From Phyllosticta citribraziliensis (Eukaryota): a stretch of DNA of 64,000 bases. Made by a program: the position numbers and the translations under genes. The stretch is taken from positions 1,674,001-1,738,000 of the forward strand of contig NW_027117341.1 of the NCBI RefSeq assembly GCF_038025025.1, written 5' to 3'. Below, one piece after another: positions 1 to 11,219 of the stretch (its first letter is position 1; every line of letters starts with the position of its first letter). The notes under the pieces were generated by a model. That model saw nothing but the letters and a program-made list of their open reading frames with translations. It had not been told where the DNA came from and searched no databases.

Positions 1-1396
1 CTCTCTTTCTCCTCATGTCGTCCTTCCGATGAAACGGTGTCTACCCACACGAGAACTTTCTTCGCCGTGTCCGCGACGGCTTTTGGCAAAGGCTCCGAGG
101 CGAAAGCCAAGACTGCAGCAAATCTCGATGCGCGGTGCGAACCAGCGATCTTGCAACGGCATCTGTGCCCGCATTGCGTCAGCCTTTCTCAGCCTCGCGC
201 AGCCTTGCAGCCTTGGCCTGACTGTGGCGGATCAGGTGGGATTAGCTGTGGGAAGAGGATGAGCGTCTTCAAGGGAGGCAGTGAGGGAGGGAGGGAGGGC
301 ACCGACATCAGTGTGCAACAGAGCGTTGATCTGCAGACGTGTTTGCGGTTGAGCTTTTGGTGAGTGTCGGAGAGGACGGTGGCGAGATTGTCGTGGGTTG
401 TGTTGTCGCTTTTGGAGGAACTGTGAGAGAGGATTGCTCCACAGTTTGCGTTCGAAATGCGGCGAGAGGTGGAGGGGATCGGGGAGGCTGAGGTGGAGTT
501 GGAGTTCCGTTGGACAAGGTGTGCGACAAGCAGTTGAAGGTGATTGTGTGCTGCCTGGATCTGGCAGGTGCCAGGTGCTCAGTCAGAAACATGCAGCTGC
601 CGAGCGACCATGGACGTCCATCTCTTTTTCCAGTTGGGTGGCATGCGACGAGGCGTACGCCCTCCGCAAAAGTGCTGACCGCCATGCAGCTGCATCCCGT
701 CAGTCACCTACCTTACCTCACCTTGCTCTTCTTCGGACTTGTTGCCCGAGCACCTTTCGCGAATGACGGTGGCCTGAACACGGCATCTTGACAACCTCTA
801 CTTTGGCAGGCCTCGAGGAAACACCCATCGCCGACCGCCAATTTTCACCCAGAGCGCAGCCGCGACGCTTGACGATTTCCCATGCTTAGACATGTTCACG
901 ACAGGGTTTCACAATCTTCGAGATTACGAAAGCTCAGCGCCGTCGGGTATCTGACCATATTGGACAAGGCTGCTGGTCAGCGATGGCGGCTATACCTTGG
1001 CGGGTGACGGATTTCTCGCGATGGCTTTTCAGTATGATCTCAACCCCGTCAAGATTGATCGTTCGCTTGCAAATCACTCCCATGCGATGATTGACCCTGG
1101 CATCAGGATGAGGCTGATTATTCTTCAATAAAGACTCGATGATGATCATCGAGACCACCTTTTGAACGCCTGCATAATCGTCTTTTAGATCAGTACATCC
1201 CAGCGCCAGTATGACAAACTGCTCCGAATAACCCTGGCAATCAAACGAGTAGCGCTCCAAGGCCGGGACTGTCAATCCAAGCAAGCCGGTCTCGCCATTT
1301 TACTGTCAGTCGATCCATACCGCCTTGTGGACCATCGAATCCACTAAATCTTCCAAACGGAGCTCCGAATCCTCCAGTCCAACGGAATGCTTTTCA

Positions 1397-4300
1397 ATGT
1401 CTCCGAATTCAACCAAAACTCCAGAGCGGGTGTCGCTCTCTGAACAGGACAACTTCTACTTGGAGCCGACACCAGTCGACGCTCAGCCACTAGAAGAATA
1501 CAATGAGTGTAAGAGATTGACTTGAAACCCTTTTCAGCAGCTGAGACTAATTTTACCCGCCGGGTCTAGGGGACTTACCAGAAAATTGGAGCGCTGTCGA
1601 TGAAAGCAGATTTATTGAGTCTCCAGCGCATGAGACACCGAATACGTACATCTCATTTGGAGACAACAGCACGACATCGACTGTGACCTCCTATGGGAAG
1701 ATTCTCCAAATCACGAAGTATTTTGGCATTGGAGCTTCTGGTTTCTTCACTGTTGATTTGCCGGATATGACGACAGGTGTTTGGACACCGTTGAAATCGG
1801 AACCTCGTACCGAACGTCTTCTTGAACGCTCCGCAGACCCTTCTCAAGGACTGGGACTCTCTGAGCCTTCAATACAAGACCGGGCCCCAAGATTAAGGTT
1901 TGCTGATGATCGTTGGCCCTACTTCGAATTCGAAACACAGAGTTTCTCGATGATTTTGCAGTACAGCATCTTGGAAGATATTGTCGTCCAAAATTATGTC
2001 CTTCGCGCAAGAACCCAGTCTGCCACAAGCGAAGAATATGAGAAATCCTTGGAAGAAGGCAGTGCAGGGAACAGCACGAAGACTTCATTCCGGATCCATT
2101 TGAAGGACCTTGGGATCAGGGAAATGGACCGAATGCAACCATACGATCGATTCAACTTCGAGTCCCCCAAGGACAAGAGGGCACGTGGCGTGTGGATAGC
2201 ATACGACAACTGGATACTCGATCAGCGGCGCATCACTAGGGAAAGCAAGAATGAATTCTCAGGTTATGAAACGTTGCTTGGACCAAAAAAGCGCAGCTTT
2301 GTTGTTGCTCACCACTTCGGACCATACCAGACCAGGAACGACGACATAGCTCAGCCTAACGCTCCATCGGCATCGGATGGGACTTGTGCGGACAGAATTG
2401 ACGAGGCGAACAAGCAGTCTGTGAACCCAAAAGCTGTGGGACTAGTCGTGTCCCTCTTTGTCAACGGAAAGGCGCAAGAAGCGGATGAGGAGGGATGGTC
2501 CGTACATTTTGATTCGCGTCACGAAGAAAAGATGACAGTTACGATTGCTTATCGACTGCAACTCATGTCGAACATGGGCAATGGGTGGCGCTCCACTATG
2601 ATTTCGGCGCGGAAACTTTTCGAAAGCTCTTTCTACCCGGATCTTGGCTATCAACAAAGCAGATTGAGTGAAGATGGTCACCTTGATTTCATTTTCAGAC
2701 GCAATCTGGAGCACATTCTGTCTGTTTGTGCAATTCGAAGCGATATCGAATGGAAGTGGAACCCTGATCACGGCGTCTTCGAGCAACACAAAGAGGACGA
2801 CGAAGGGATGCCCTGTGTTGCCATCACCTGCGGTGACTTCTCAGGTCACGACATCGAATCTTCTGCAAGTTTGTAGGTCTTATGACCTTAGTGCGTGCAT
2901 GATCAAGGCCCTGACAACTTCTAGTTTCGCGTTCAAGTTTCTCCTTGACGTCTTCACATATTTACAGAATGACGAAGAGGGAGGCCCAGCTTCCATTACG
3001 GAACCGGCCAGCAGTCTGGGATGCAAGCGACTTTACCAAGTAAAAAGGTGTGCCAGAATCCAGAACACTTGCAAAGCTCACCTGAACTGGATCTATAAGA
3101 AAGCTTGGAGTAGAGGCACAAATTGCTTCGTGTGGAGTCATCGGGCTTCCGGCCATCCCATCGGAGCTGTCGGCGAGTCCTGCAGCGAACGCCCCCGAGG
3201 ATATCCTGAACCATTTCAAATCATAAAAACCTTCTACTTTGCGGAATACTTCACTCAGACACAACCCGTCGAGCAGCAAGGATCAACAAGGAACCCAGGA
3301 AGTGGTGACTCAGGATCGGCATCACAAGATTTGACGGACCGCGAGTGGAACGAGAAGTATACTGCATCTTTAGGGTTTCTCATAACACCAAGCAACAATC
3401 ACGTTGCAGAAGCAGCCAAAAGATGGAAAAAAGAGCTGAGCAGTAGGATGACGCAAGACGAGTACCTGTTTCATGAACGCAAATCCAACGGGATCGCTGC
3501 TTTCCACCTGGAGATCAATGTGTGGATGTGGATGGCGATAGAATGCTTACAGAAGATGGGTCTTCTCACTGGATCACATCCGAAGGGACAACTAGCGCAG
3601 CTTCATGGTCTTCCCAGGTCCATTTCAGCCGAATCTGCGCAGGAAATCATCCTTCGACGGTTCTTGGTCCATGGCTCTTCCTCCCTCAAACAGAAGATGG
3701 TCGCTAGCTCTCGCACTGTTCTGGGCACGAGGTATATATTCCGGTCTACGGACACCGCTCTGATTTACGCCAGCCTCTCTGGATTTTTCGATGCAACCGA
3801 GACAAGCCTGGTTGCATGGAAGAACACTGTCAATGTACAGAGCCGGTTTGAAAAGAACGAAGATTCGAAGTTCCAGAAGCCATTACGATATGGACTAGAG
3901 CTGCTTGTGGCGTATGAGCAGTGGCGCCTAAATCAGGGACAGCCGGAGGACCTGTTCAATCACGCCAAAAGATCTTTGCAGATGATCTGCGGATCTCACG
4001 GTCTGTTCCCTGGCCAGATTCGACAATCGACGCAACGCGAGGGCAAGGAAAAAACCGGCGGATATTCCTTTGGGACCACCTTCGAGCTTCCCTACATACT
4101 TTGGATCGCGCAAAAGGGTCCCGAAAACGTGAGACGTTTTGGGAATTTCACGATAGCTTCAAGAATTGAGCGCAACCACGAGAACGGAAATAACATTCTT
4201 CAGGGTACCCTAAGCACGAATCATGGCTTGGAAGCCTTCGAACGCATGGAAGAAACGGATCCCGATCTAGTCACCGCCTTTTTTGCAAAGAAACATATGC

Positions 4301-6948
4301 CGCCCAATCACTCGTTCAATTTGAGCAGAGTCATTGAGATACCGGACCTTTGGCTATACAGGCCCCCGGGATTCTTTTCTTCTGAGATTAACTGGCCGGG
4401 CACCGTGTTTGGTAAACAGAACACGATAAAGGATATGGTAATATTTTGGTTGGACCTTGCACAAATTCTCGAAGATCTCAAAATCGACCCGATGCCCTGG
4501 GATTACTCCTTCTTTGACTCTGGGCTTAAAAGACTCTTCAGAGCTTTCTACCGACCCGATGAGCGGGAAGAGAGCGAAAGTGACTGGGCCAAAGAGAAAA
4601 AGGCTTCCATCAAAGATGTGCCGGAATCAGGTTCGCCTGAGGATGGAAATACTTGGCCGAAATGGGACATGATGGAAAATCTCGAGTTTTCCCGCAAGCT
4701 TTGCGAGGAGCGAACGGAGGCGAACGCCAAAAAGAGAGTTATAAGGATCTCAAAACCTTACGATGACATTGCCGTACTCTGTGCTTGCGCATCAGACTTT
4801 GAAAGAATGTTGGCGTTCTTCAAACGGCACTTCATTGGTCTGAAGGCATTCTTGGATGTAGCAGTCAGAGCAACCAACTTCTGGGAAACTGAACTTCATA
4901 TCTCATTCTGGCAACTTTCGAGCGACACCGACCGCCAGGAACAAAAGGATCTATCGCCCCCGGAGTATCTAGAGGGATTTGCGCTGAAAGACCATCAGCT
5001 GGTTCGAGCAGCAATCGGTTTCCGTTTCGATGGCGACTTCTTGGACCGGTTCTGGACTTGTCACATAATCGAAAACCTGCCAATAGCAGGCAACGAGGAC
5101 TCGTATCTACGCTTTGAGTCAGCCATGGAAGTTCATGTTCCCTCATATGACCACACACGTCCCTGGGCCCAGCGGAGAGTATTTGAGCAGATGATTCTCG
5201 ACCGAATGTTGTCTACCATGTGGATGAGCACACAAAAAATCCTGGTCTTTTTTGAGGTCATGAGTACACCATCTCACTCCTTTCTGAGCAGCGACTATTT
5301 TTCATCCATCGACCAGTGGAGGGACATGGTATATGCCCTTGACAGGCTAAACCAAGAAATTCGTCTGAATCTGGAGCAGCTCGAGGGCTGGGAGAGACGA
5401 GAGCAAGACCGAGGAGAAGCAAGACCAAGATGGACGCTGAAGGATGAAAACAAGTACCACTATACAATCAGCTTCTGGAAGCGCGTAAATCGTCAAAACA
5501 TTCGCGATTTGAGGACGCAACAGGCGAAAACACAGCTGTTGATCACCAGAATCGAAAGCATTCGGGCATCCTTCCGCGACGACATGAACCTGCGAAGCGC
5601 CGAGGATGTTCGAGTCTTTACCAGCGTTACCGTCGTTTTCCTACCTTTGGGATTCGCAGCGGCCATTTTCAGCATGAACGGAATACCCGAACGCTCCTTG
5701 ATCACTACCATGGCCAAGACTGCCGCAGCTGCTCTCTTCATCACGCTGTTTTTCCTCGTATGCGTCAAACTTGCAGGCGATGCGATCAAAGACGTCGTCA
5801 GAGGACTGAAAAGCCTTATCCTTGATCGTGCCATGAAAAGGAGTGTCTTGCATCGACGCTATCATGACTCGAGAGGCCAGTCAAAGCCTACAGAACAGGA
5901 GGTCCAGTTGGAAGGGAGCTCAATTTACCTCGCGTGGCGTCTGAGAAGATTACGCCATGGCCTGTGGCACATTTGGCACTGGATTTCCTACTTTATGCAA
6001 GAAATTCCCGGACGTCAACTGGCTCTCGCGTACGGCTCACTGCATTCCCTGAGAAATTGGCAGAACCCGGCCGAAACCGAAAACGACCCGAACACCAAAG
6101 GCACCCAAATGCAAGAACCATCAGAGGAAAAGAAATCTGAAGCCAAGGATCAACCCAAGGAATCTGAGTCTCCGCTCCGCCGCAAAAACACGGGTAGCCA
6201 GGGGAACACTCCAACAAGCACCGCGAATAATGGTCCCAAGGACTTGCCGGGAAGAAAAGATACTGAATCTTCACGGGACGACAAAAACGAGACTCCCGAG
6301 GAGGTCCCAAAAGACACAAAACGCACGAAAATGAAAAAGGCAACAAAAGCCGCATTGAAGGCCGTAATATTCGCGATCGTCGTGATTGTTGGCATTCCCA
6401 TCTGGCTTGTACTGGGCTTCAAGAACGGCGTCATGAAGCGGCGCTACTGGAAATTGGGGACGTTTGTTTTCCATTCTCTCGTCTTTACCTTGCTCCTTCC
6501 CTTCTTCGTACCCGTCTCCATGATCAACCTTGTCGCTCTCAACTTTATCGATGTCTTTCGCTTTTTCCGACAAATCGGCGAGAAATCCACCGAGAAAGAG
6601 AAAGAAAAAGGTGCGGAGGTGGTATCCAAAGAAAAGGACGAAAAGGATGGACCAAAGGAGTCGCAAGAAGACAAGCCTGCTGAAAAGGAGGAAGAACAAG
6701 ACAGAACCGAGGCGATACTGGAGAAGTGTTTGGTCTATCCTGCATTTGCCCGTCCTTTCCGAAGAGAGGAACCTTTGAAAGACATGAACGACCTCTTCCA
6801 GAGCTTCTTGGAAATCTTTCGAGGACCATTCACCGAAGTCTGGGAAATGGTTGGCGGTTCGCTGCCCTCATGGTTGAGCAGAGCGAAAGGAGATTTGAAG
6901 GGACCTCGAAAGAGGAGAGAAAGCAGTGGAACCGACGATGTGGTTTGA
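1397..6948 (+). CDS. Large (~1,812 aa) membrane protein: putative GH15/six-hairpin-glycosidase-like region followed by a CorA/ZntB-like transporter domain and extra C-terminal TM segments
   Basis: Exons 1397-1508, 1570-2872 and 2925-6948 join in frame across introns 1509-1569 (GTAAGA..ACTAAT..TAG) and 2873-2924 (GTAGGT..CTGAC..TAG), linking ORFs 1683-2876 and 2668-6948. CorA-type C-terminus: coiled coil, then VFTSVTVVFLPLGFAAAIFSMN and a second TM helix. Confidence 0.8.
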
Positions 6949-7238
6949 CGTCGCAAACTGTCGCTCACCCGCTGAAGCAGACCGAGGTTCGCGGCGACAA
7001 GCGGAGGGCCTCAAAACAACAGGAACAGGGGTGCAACAAGGAGACGCACGCACGTCTCGATGGGGATGCGACCAGGAGCTTCAAAAGATCCTCGGTTCAG
7101 TGAATGAGGAGCATTCACTCTGTCGAGAACATTGACGGGAAGCGTTGGACCGTCAGCTCACAAAATCCATGCTCAGGCATGCCACGACTCGCTCCACGGA
7201 TGCTGAACTTGGCAACCTAACAGCGAAAGCTCGCCGTC

Positions 7239-7751
7239 TCACTCCACCGCAACAAGGCCATCCTGCATCATCCACAGCTCATCAAACCTGCCATCATCCA
7301 GATCCAACAGCCGCCACTGCTCCGATCTCGAAATCAGCTCCAGCTCGAAATCCTGACAGTTCCACGTCGGATGCTCTGGGCTTGGCCCCACCTGCTCCGC
7401 CACTCCGCGCAGATCTGGGAGTTTGTCGACCGGAATCTTGCACAACTCAACGAGTCGGTCGGCGTTTGGGTCGATGTGCGCGTTGGAGGGCGTGATCTCC
7501 ATGGTCTAGTTGCCGGCCGCGTCGTTGAGAGCGTTGATGATGGATGCGTCGGTTAGCGCGTCGACGAAGAGAGCCCAGTGATTGAATGCGACGTCTTTGT
7601 ACATCCCGATGGGGAGATTGATGGGAATTTTGTCGATTGGCGTGATTGAGAACGCTGTGGTGGGAAAGTGCTGGCTCTGATTTCTCGATACAGAGGCCGT
7701 CGCGACGACTTGAGAGCTTGAGCTCGGAATTAGCTCTTGCCCCGTTGCCAT
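7239..7751 (-). pseudogene. DUF6540-like (HW...NCQ motif) small protein interrupted by an in-frame TAG
   Basis: ORFs 7506-7757 and 7239-7502 are in the same frame, separated only by TAG (7506-7508) and one codon. The joined protein has NHWALFV upstream and WNCQDF downstream of the stop. Confidence 0.6.
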
Positions 7752-8948
7752 GGCCACTGACTAATAGAGCACAGGGTCTCCAGAAAGAGGTCGCAATGCA
7801 TCTTGCTGCCTGTCGTCCTCGCAGTTGGCGCTGTTGTCTGTGGAGTGGATTCTTTCCTGGGAGCTGTCGTGAAACAGGTCCACAATGAGTCGATCAGAGA
7901 GCGGTAGAACGGGCACACAAGGTGGCTGGCGGACGCCAGCAGCATGTGCATCACCACAGTGACATTTGTTTTGCGCCTAGACACAAACACCGAGCTTTGG
8001 TGAGTTCTTTGTGTCCAGTCACGAGTGCAACTTTAAGGACTTCACAAAATTGTCCATGTTTGCGGGTTGAAAGAAATCAAATATCCTGAGGAGCGGGCGA
8101 CCTTCAGCGCTGAATGGCTGGCAACTAAAGGTCGTGTTCGCTCTGGGCGCTCGGTTGGCTGTGGCTTGTCCTGGTTGATGGTTTGGCTGCAACAAACGTC
8201 AAATGTAGAGCTTATGAGCACAGATCATTCCATGGTCTTCGCTGGCTTCTCGGATCGGGATCCCGTTTCTTCTGGCGATGCCAACGTCTTTCAGGAACCA
8301 ACGTCTTCGCTTCTCTGTCGACCTCGAAGCGACCACAGCACAAGTTGGACGACAAGCCATTTTGTTTCAGAGTCATTGCCGCCAATGCGACCGACACGTA
8401 CATCTGCTACATGCGACGAGCCACAACGTGGCTGATGTACAACAGCACCATGAGGCTGTTGGTCCAGCCGCGCGGTCCGATGCGGCGGCTGTCCGTCCAT
8501 ACACAGGGCAATTTCAACGGTGCGTCCTGGATCAACCTTCAAGGGGGCGCAATGTTCACTCGAGCTTGCCCGCAATAAAATTCAACGCCAAAGGTCACTC
8601 TTTGGCGCTCGTTTGATTTTGGCTTTCCCGCACGTCTTCTATTCGTTGGAGTACCGTGACAGCAAGGGTGAGGACTGAGCTTCTGAAACGCGTAAGCAAG
8701 CATCGACGCTTGGACATGTCACTGGACTGGTATCTCATTGGGGTTCAAGTCACCCCGGAGGACGCGGCATCTCCCCACTTCAGATCGCCAAAAGACTAAA
8801 ATCTTGTGGTGATAGGCATCGAATTTGGTGTCGTGCGTTGCTGATGGCGCACGGAAACACCAAACTTGCGGTACTGCCGACCATCATAAAGATCCTCCCG
8901 CCCCCTCTCCCCTTCTGTGGCCGTTTTCGCTCTTTCACCTGGTTCAAA

Positions 8949-10100
8949 ATGATTACCATCAGCCGCTCGCCCTGCAATGTGATTCTTTACAGCCTTTTGG
9001 TTACTCTTCAATGCCTTCTCATTTACTCCTTCCTTTCGAGCAAACGGGACGCCACCCTGAAAATCAAAGAAGAAACGAGTTTGCGGATTATCGAGGGCGC
9101 TGCCCACACAAACTTTACTCGTCCGATACCGTTTTCCGAATTTCCGCCAAAGCCGGAAGGTTATCACTACAGTCGCGTCTTGGTCGCTGCCCGAACCCAG
9201 TATGAGAACATCGACTGGATGGCACATGAATTGCCCGACTTGCCTACCGCCATATACGTCGTCGACAAACCGCGCGAAGGCGACTTGACCGTTCCCGTGA
9301 ACAAAGGCCACGAGGCCATGGTATATCTGACCTACATCATCGACCACTACGACTCGCTGCCGGACGTTGTCTTCTTCTTCCACTCTCAAAGATTCGCCTG
9401 GCACAACAACCCCCTCTTAAACGGAGATTCCGTCGAAACAATCAAGCGAATGAATCTCGATCGCGTGTCACGATTCGGATACATGAACTCCCGGTGCCAA
9501 CTCGACCCTGGATGCCCTGACTGGATCCACCTCGACCGCCCATACTTTGACGTACAGAACATCAAGAAGTCTGGCGAACTGGCGTTTACTACTCAGGTAT
9601 GGCGGGAACTCTGGCCAGGACACAAGCCTCCGACCGCGCTCTCTCAGCCCTGCTGCGCACAGTTTGCGGCGAGTAGGGACCGTATCCTGGAAACACCAAA
9701 AGAACAATACATCCACCTCCGGAAATGGCTGATGGAGACCGAGCTCGCCGATTACAATTCCGGCCGCGTGTTTGAATACCTCTGGCAGTACATCTTCATG
9801 CGCGAAAGCCAATATTGTCCCGCGGAGCACAGCTGTTACTGCGACGGATATGGCGTGTGCTTCGGCTCCGCCGAGGATTATCGACAGTTTTGGTATGTGA
9901 GGCGTGAGAGGGAGTATTTGGAGAAGAAGATCAGAGGCATGACGATGATCCAATTCAAGGGGGATGCTGCGACGATTGAAGAGACGGAACACCAGATTCT
10001 GCAACTGCGGACGGAAGAGCAAAGGCAGCTTCAAGAGGCACGGAAGAGAGGAGAAGATCCTAACCAGCGCATCCTCGAGACAGAGCGAAGAGAAGGTTGA
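8949..10100 (+). CDS. DUF3431 family protein (type II membrane)
   Basis: N-terminal hydrophobic anchor. Motifs NKGHEAMVYLTYIIDHYDSLPD, FHSQRFAWHN, QPCCAQFA, SGRVFEYLWQYIF and CYCDGYGVC. First ATG at 8949. Confidence 0.9.
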   Translation: MITISRSPCNVILYSLLVTLQCLLIYSFLSSKRDATLKIKEETSLRIIEGAAHTNFTRPIPFSEFPPKPEGYHYSRVLVAARTQYENIDWMAHELPDLPTAIYVVDKPREGDLTVPVNKGHEAMVYLTYIIDHYDSLPDVVFFFHSQRFAWHNNPLLNGDSVETIKRMNLDRVSRFGYMNSRCQLDPGCPDWIHLDRPYFDVQNIKKSGELAFTTQVWRELWPGHKPPTALSQPCCAQFAASRDRILETPKEQYIHLRKWLMETELADYNSGRVFEYLWQYIFMRESQYCPAEHSCYCDGYGVCFGSAEDYRQFWYVRREREYLEKKIRGMTMIQFKGDAATIEETEHQILQLRTEEQRQLQEARKRGEDPNQRILETERREG

Positions 10101-10412
10101 AGATTGGGATCGTCGACGGCATCACACCAACAGAACAATATGCGGAGTCTGTCGCATCCCTCCACACCGACCGTCTACTTCGACGATTAGCAGGAGAGGG
10201 AATATCCCACGCCGAATTACCGCATCTCAGAACAGCTCCGCGATCGCTCCATTCCGTCCCCTGGTTACCTTCAGGAGTCCATCTGCCTACGCGAGGTGGG
10301 GACAGGGTCCAGCGACAGCGTCGATCGATCATCAGGGGCTGGTCGAAGCGCAGACCTCCCCCCACAGTGGGTGTCGAAAGAAATGCGACAGACCTCCTGG
10401 CAATATGAGTGC

Positions 10413-10544
10413 ACTTAGGGAGCATTCATCTACTGCTATAGTCGCGCTTAAGGAGCATTCATCTACTATTATAGTCACGCTTAGGGAGCATTCATTTACT
10501 GCTATAGTTGTGCTTAGGAAGCATTCATGTGCTGCCACAGTTAG
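10413..10544. repeat. 33-bp minisatellite, 4 diverged copies
   Basis: Units start at 10413, 10446, 10479 and 10512; consensus about GCTTAGGGAGCATTCATCTACTGCTATAGTCGC. Confidence 0.9.
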
Positions 10545-10676
10545 ACCTAGCGTGTCTCATTTCTTTCTTCACCCACTGTGCCCCTGCCGGCCCTCGGACT
10601 GGCTGACGTCACACGAGCATTTGTCGTCCGGCTCCAACGACATGCACGCAAAAGGTGAGAAGTTGCTACCGCGTCG

Positions 10677-11219
10677 TTGGAAGACGGCGGCACAGCTGAT
10701 GTCGAAATAAATGAGACCTTCTGGCAATGGCAGTGCACTTGGGGCCATTCACTCTGTGCTGTGCGTCCTAGCCAAATCGAACAGGTCATGCGGGAGAAAG
10801 GTTTCCATACGGACTGGCACAATCTAATATCATACCGTGAGCCACCCTACTCGATTTTCAGGATCCTCACCAAAGATGATGAAATCGCCCGACCACGAGA
10901 CATGACGCTCGACTGGCGCAGAGGCCAAGTGCTCCCTGAGATCTCTTTGTGGACCTTGGTCACCGAGATGTGCGACTGCCCTGGAGACCTTGAAGACCGG
11001 CATTACAATACGCTTCCCAATGCCGAAACTGAGGCGAAATCCCTGCTGAAGGTTTGTTTATGGCTGCATCCCGTTTTGATGATCGGTCAACAGAAAGGTA
11101 TGTCGTTGGGAACAAAATCGAGAGCTGGAAAGAGTGACCTGGTGGCATCCACAGGACTAACATGTATTTCCGGCGCTCGCGGAGAAGGAGAGATGACGCA
11201 TTCGTTGATGGTGTTGTAA
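10677..11219 (+). other. Possible degraded or orphan coding segment of unknown function
   Basis: 180-codon ORF with globular-looking composition and candidate intron signals (GTATGT ~11098, ACTAAC ~11156). No clean start and no family motif. Confidence 0.25.

Noticed and set aside
934..1284. 116-aa minus-strand ORF
   Set aside because: No ATG start or family motif; lies in the promoter region of the large gene.
10413..10544. Direct repeats as a CRISPR array
   Set aside because: Head-to-tail units with no spacers, eukaryotic context and no cas genes.
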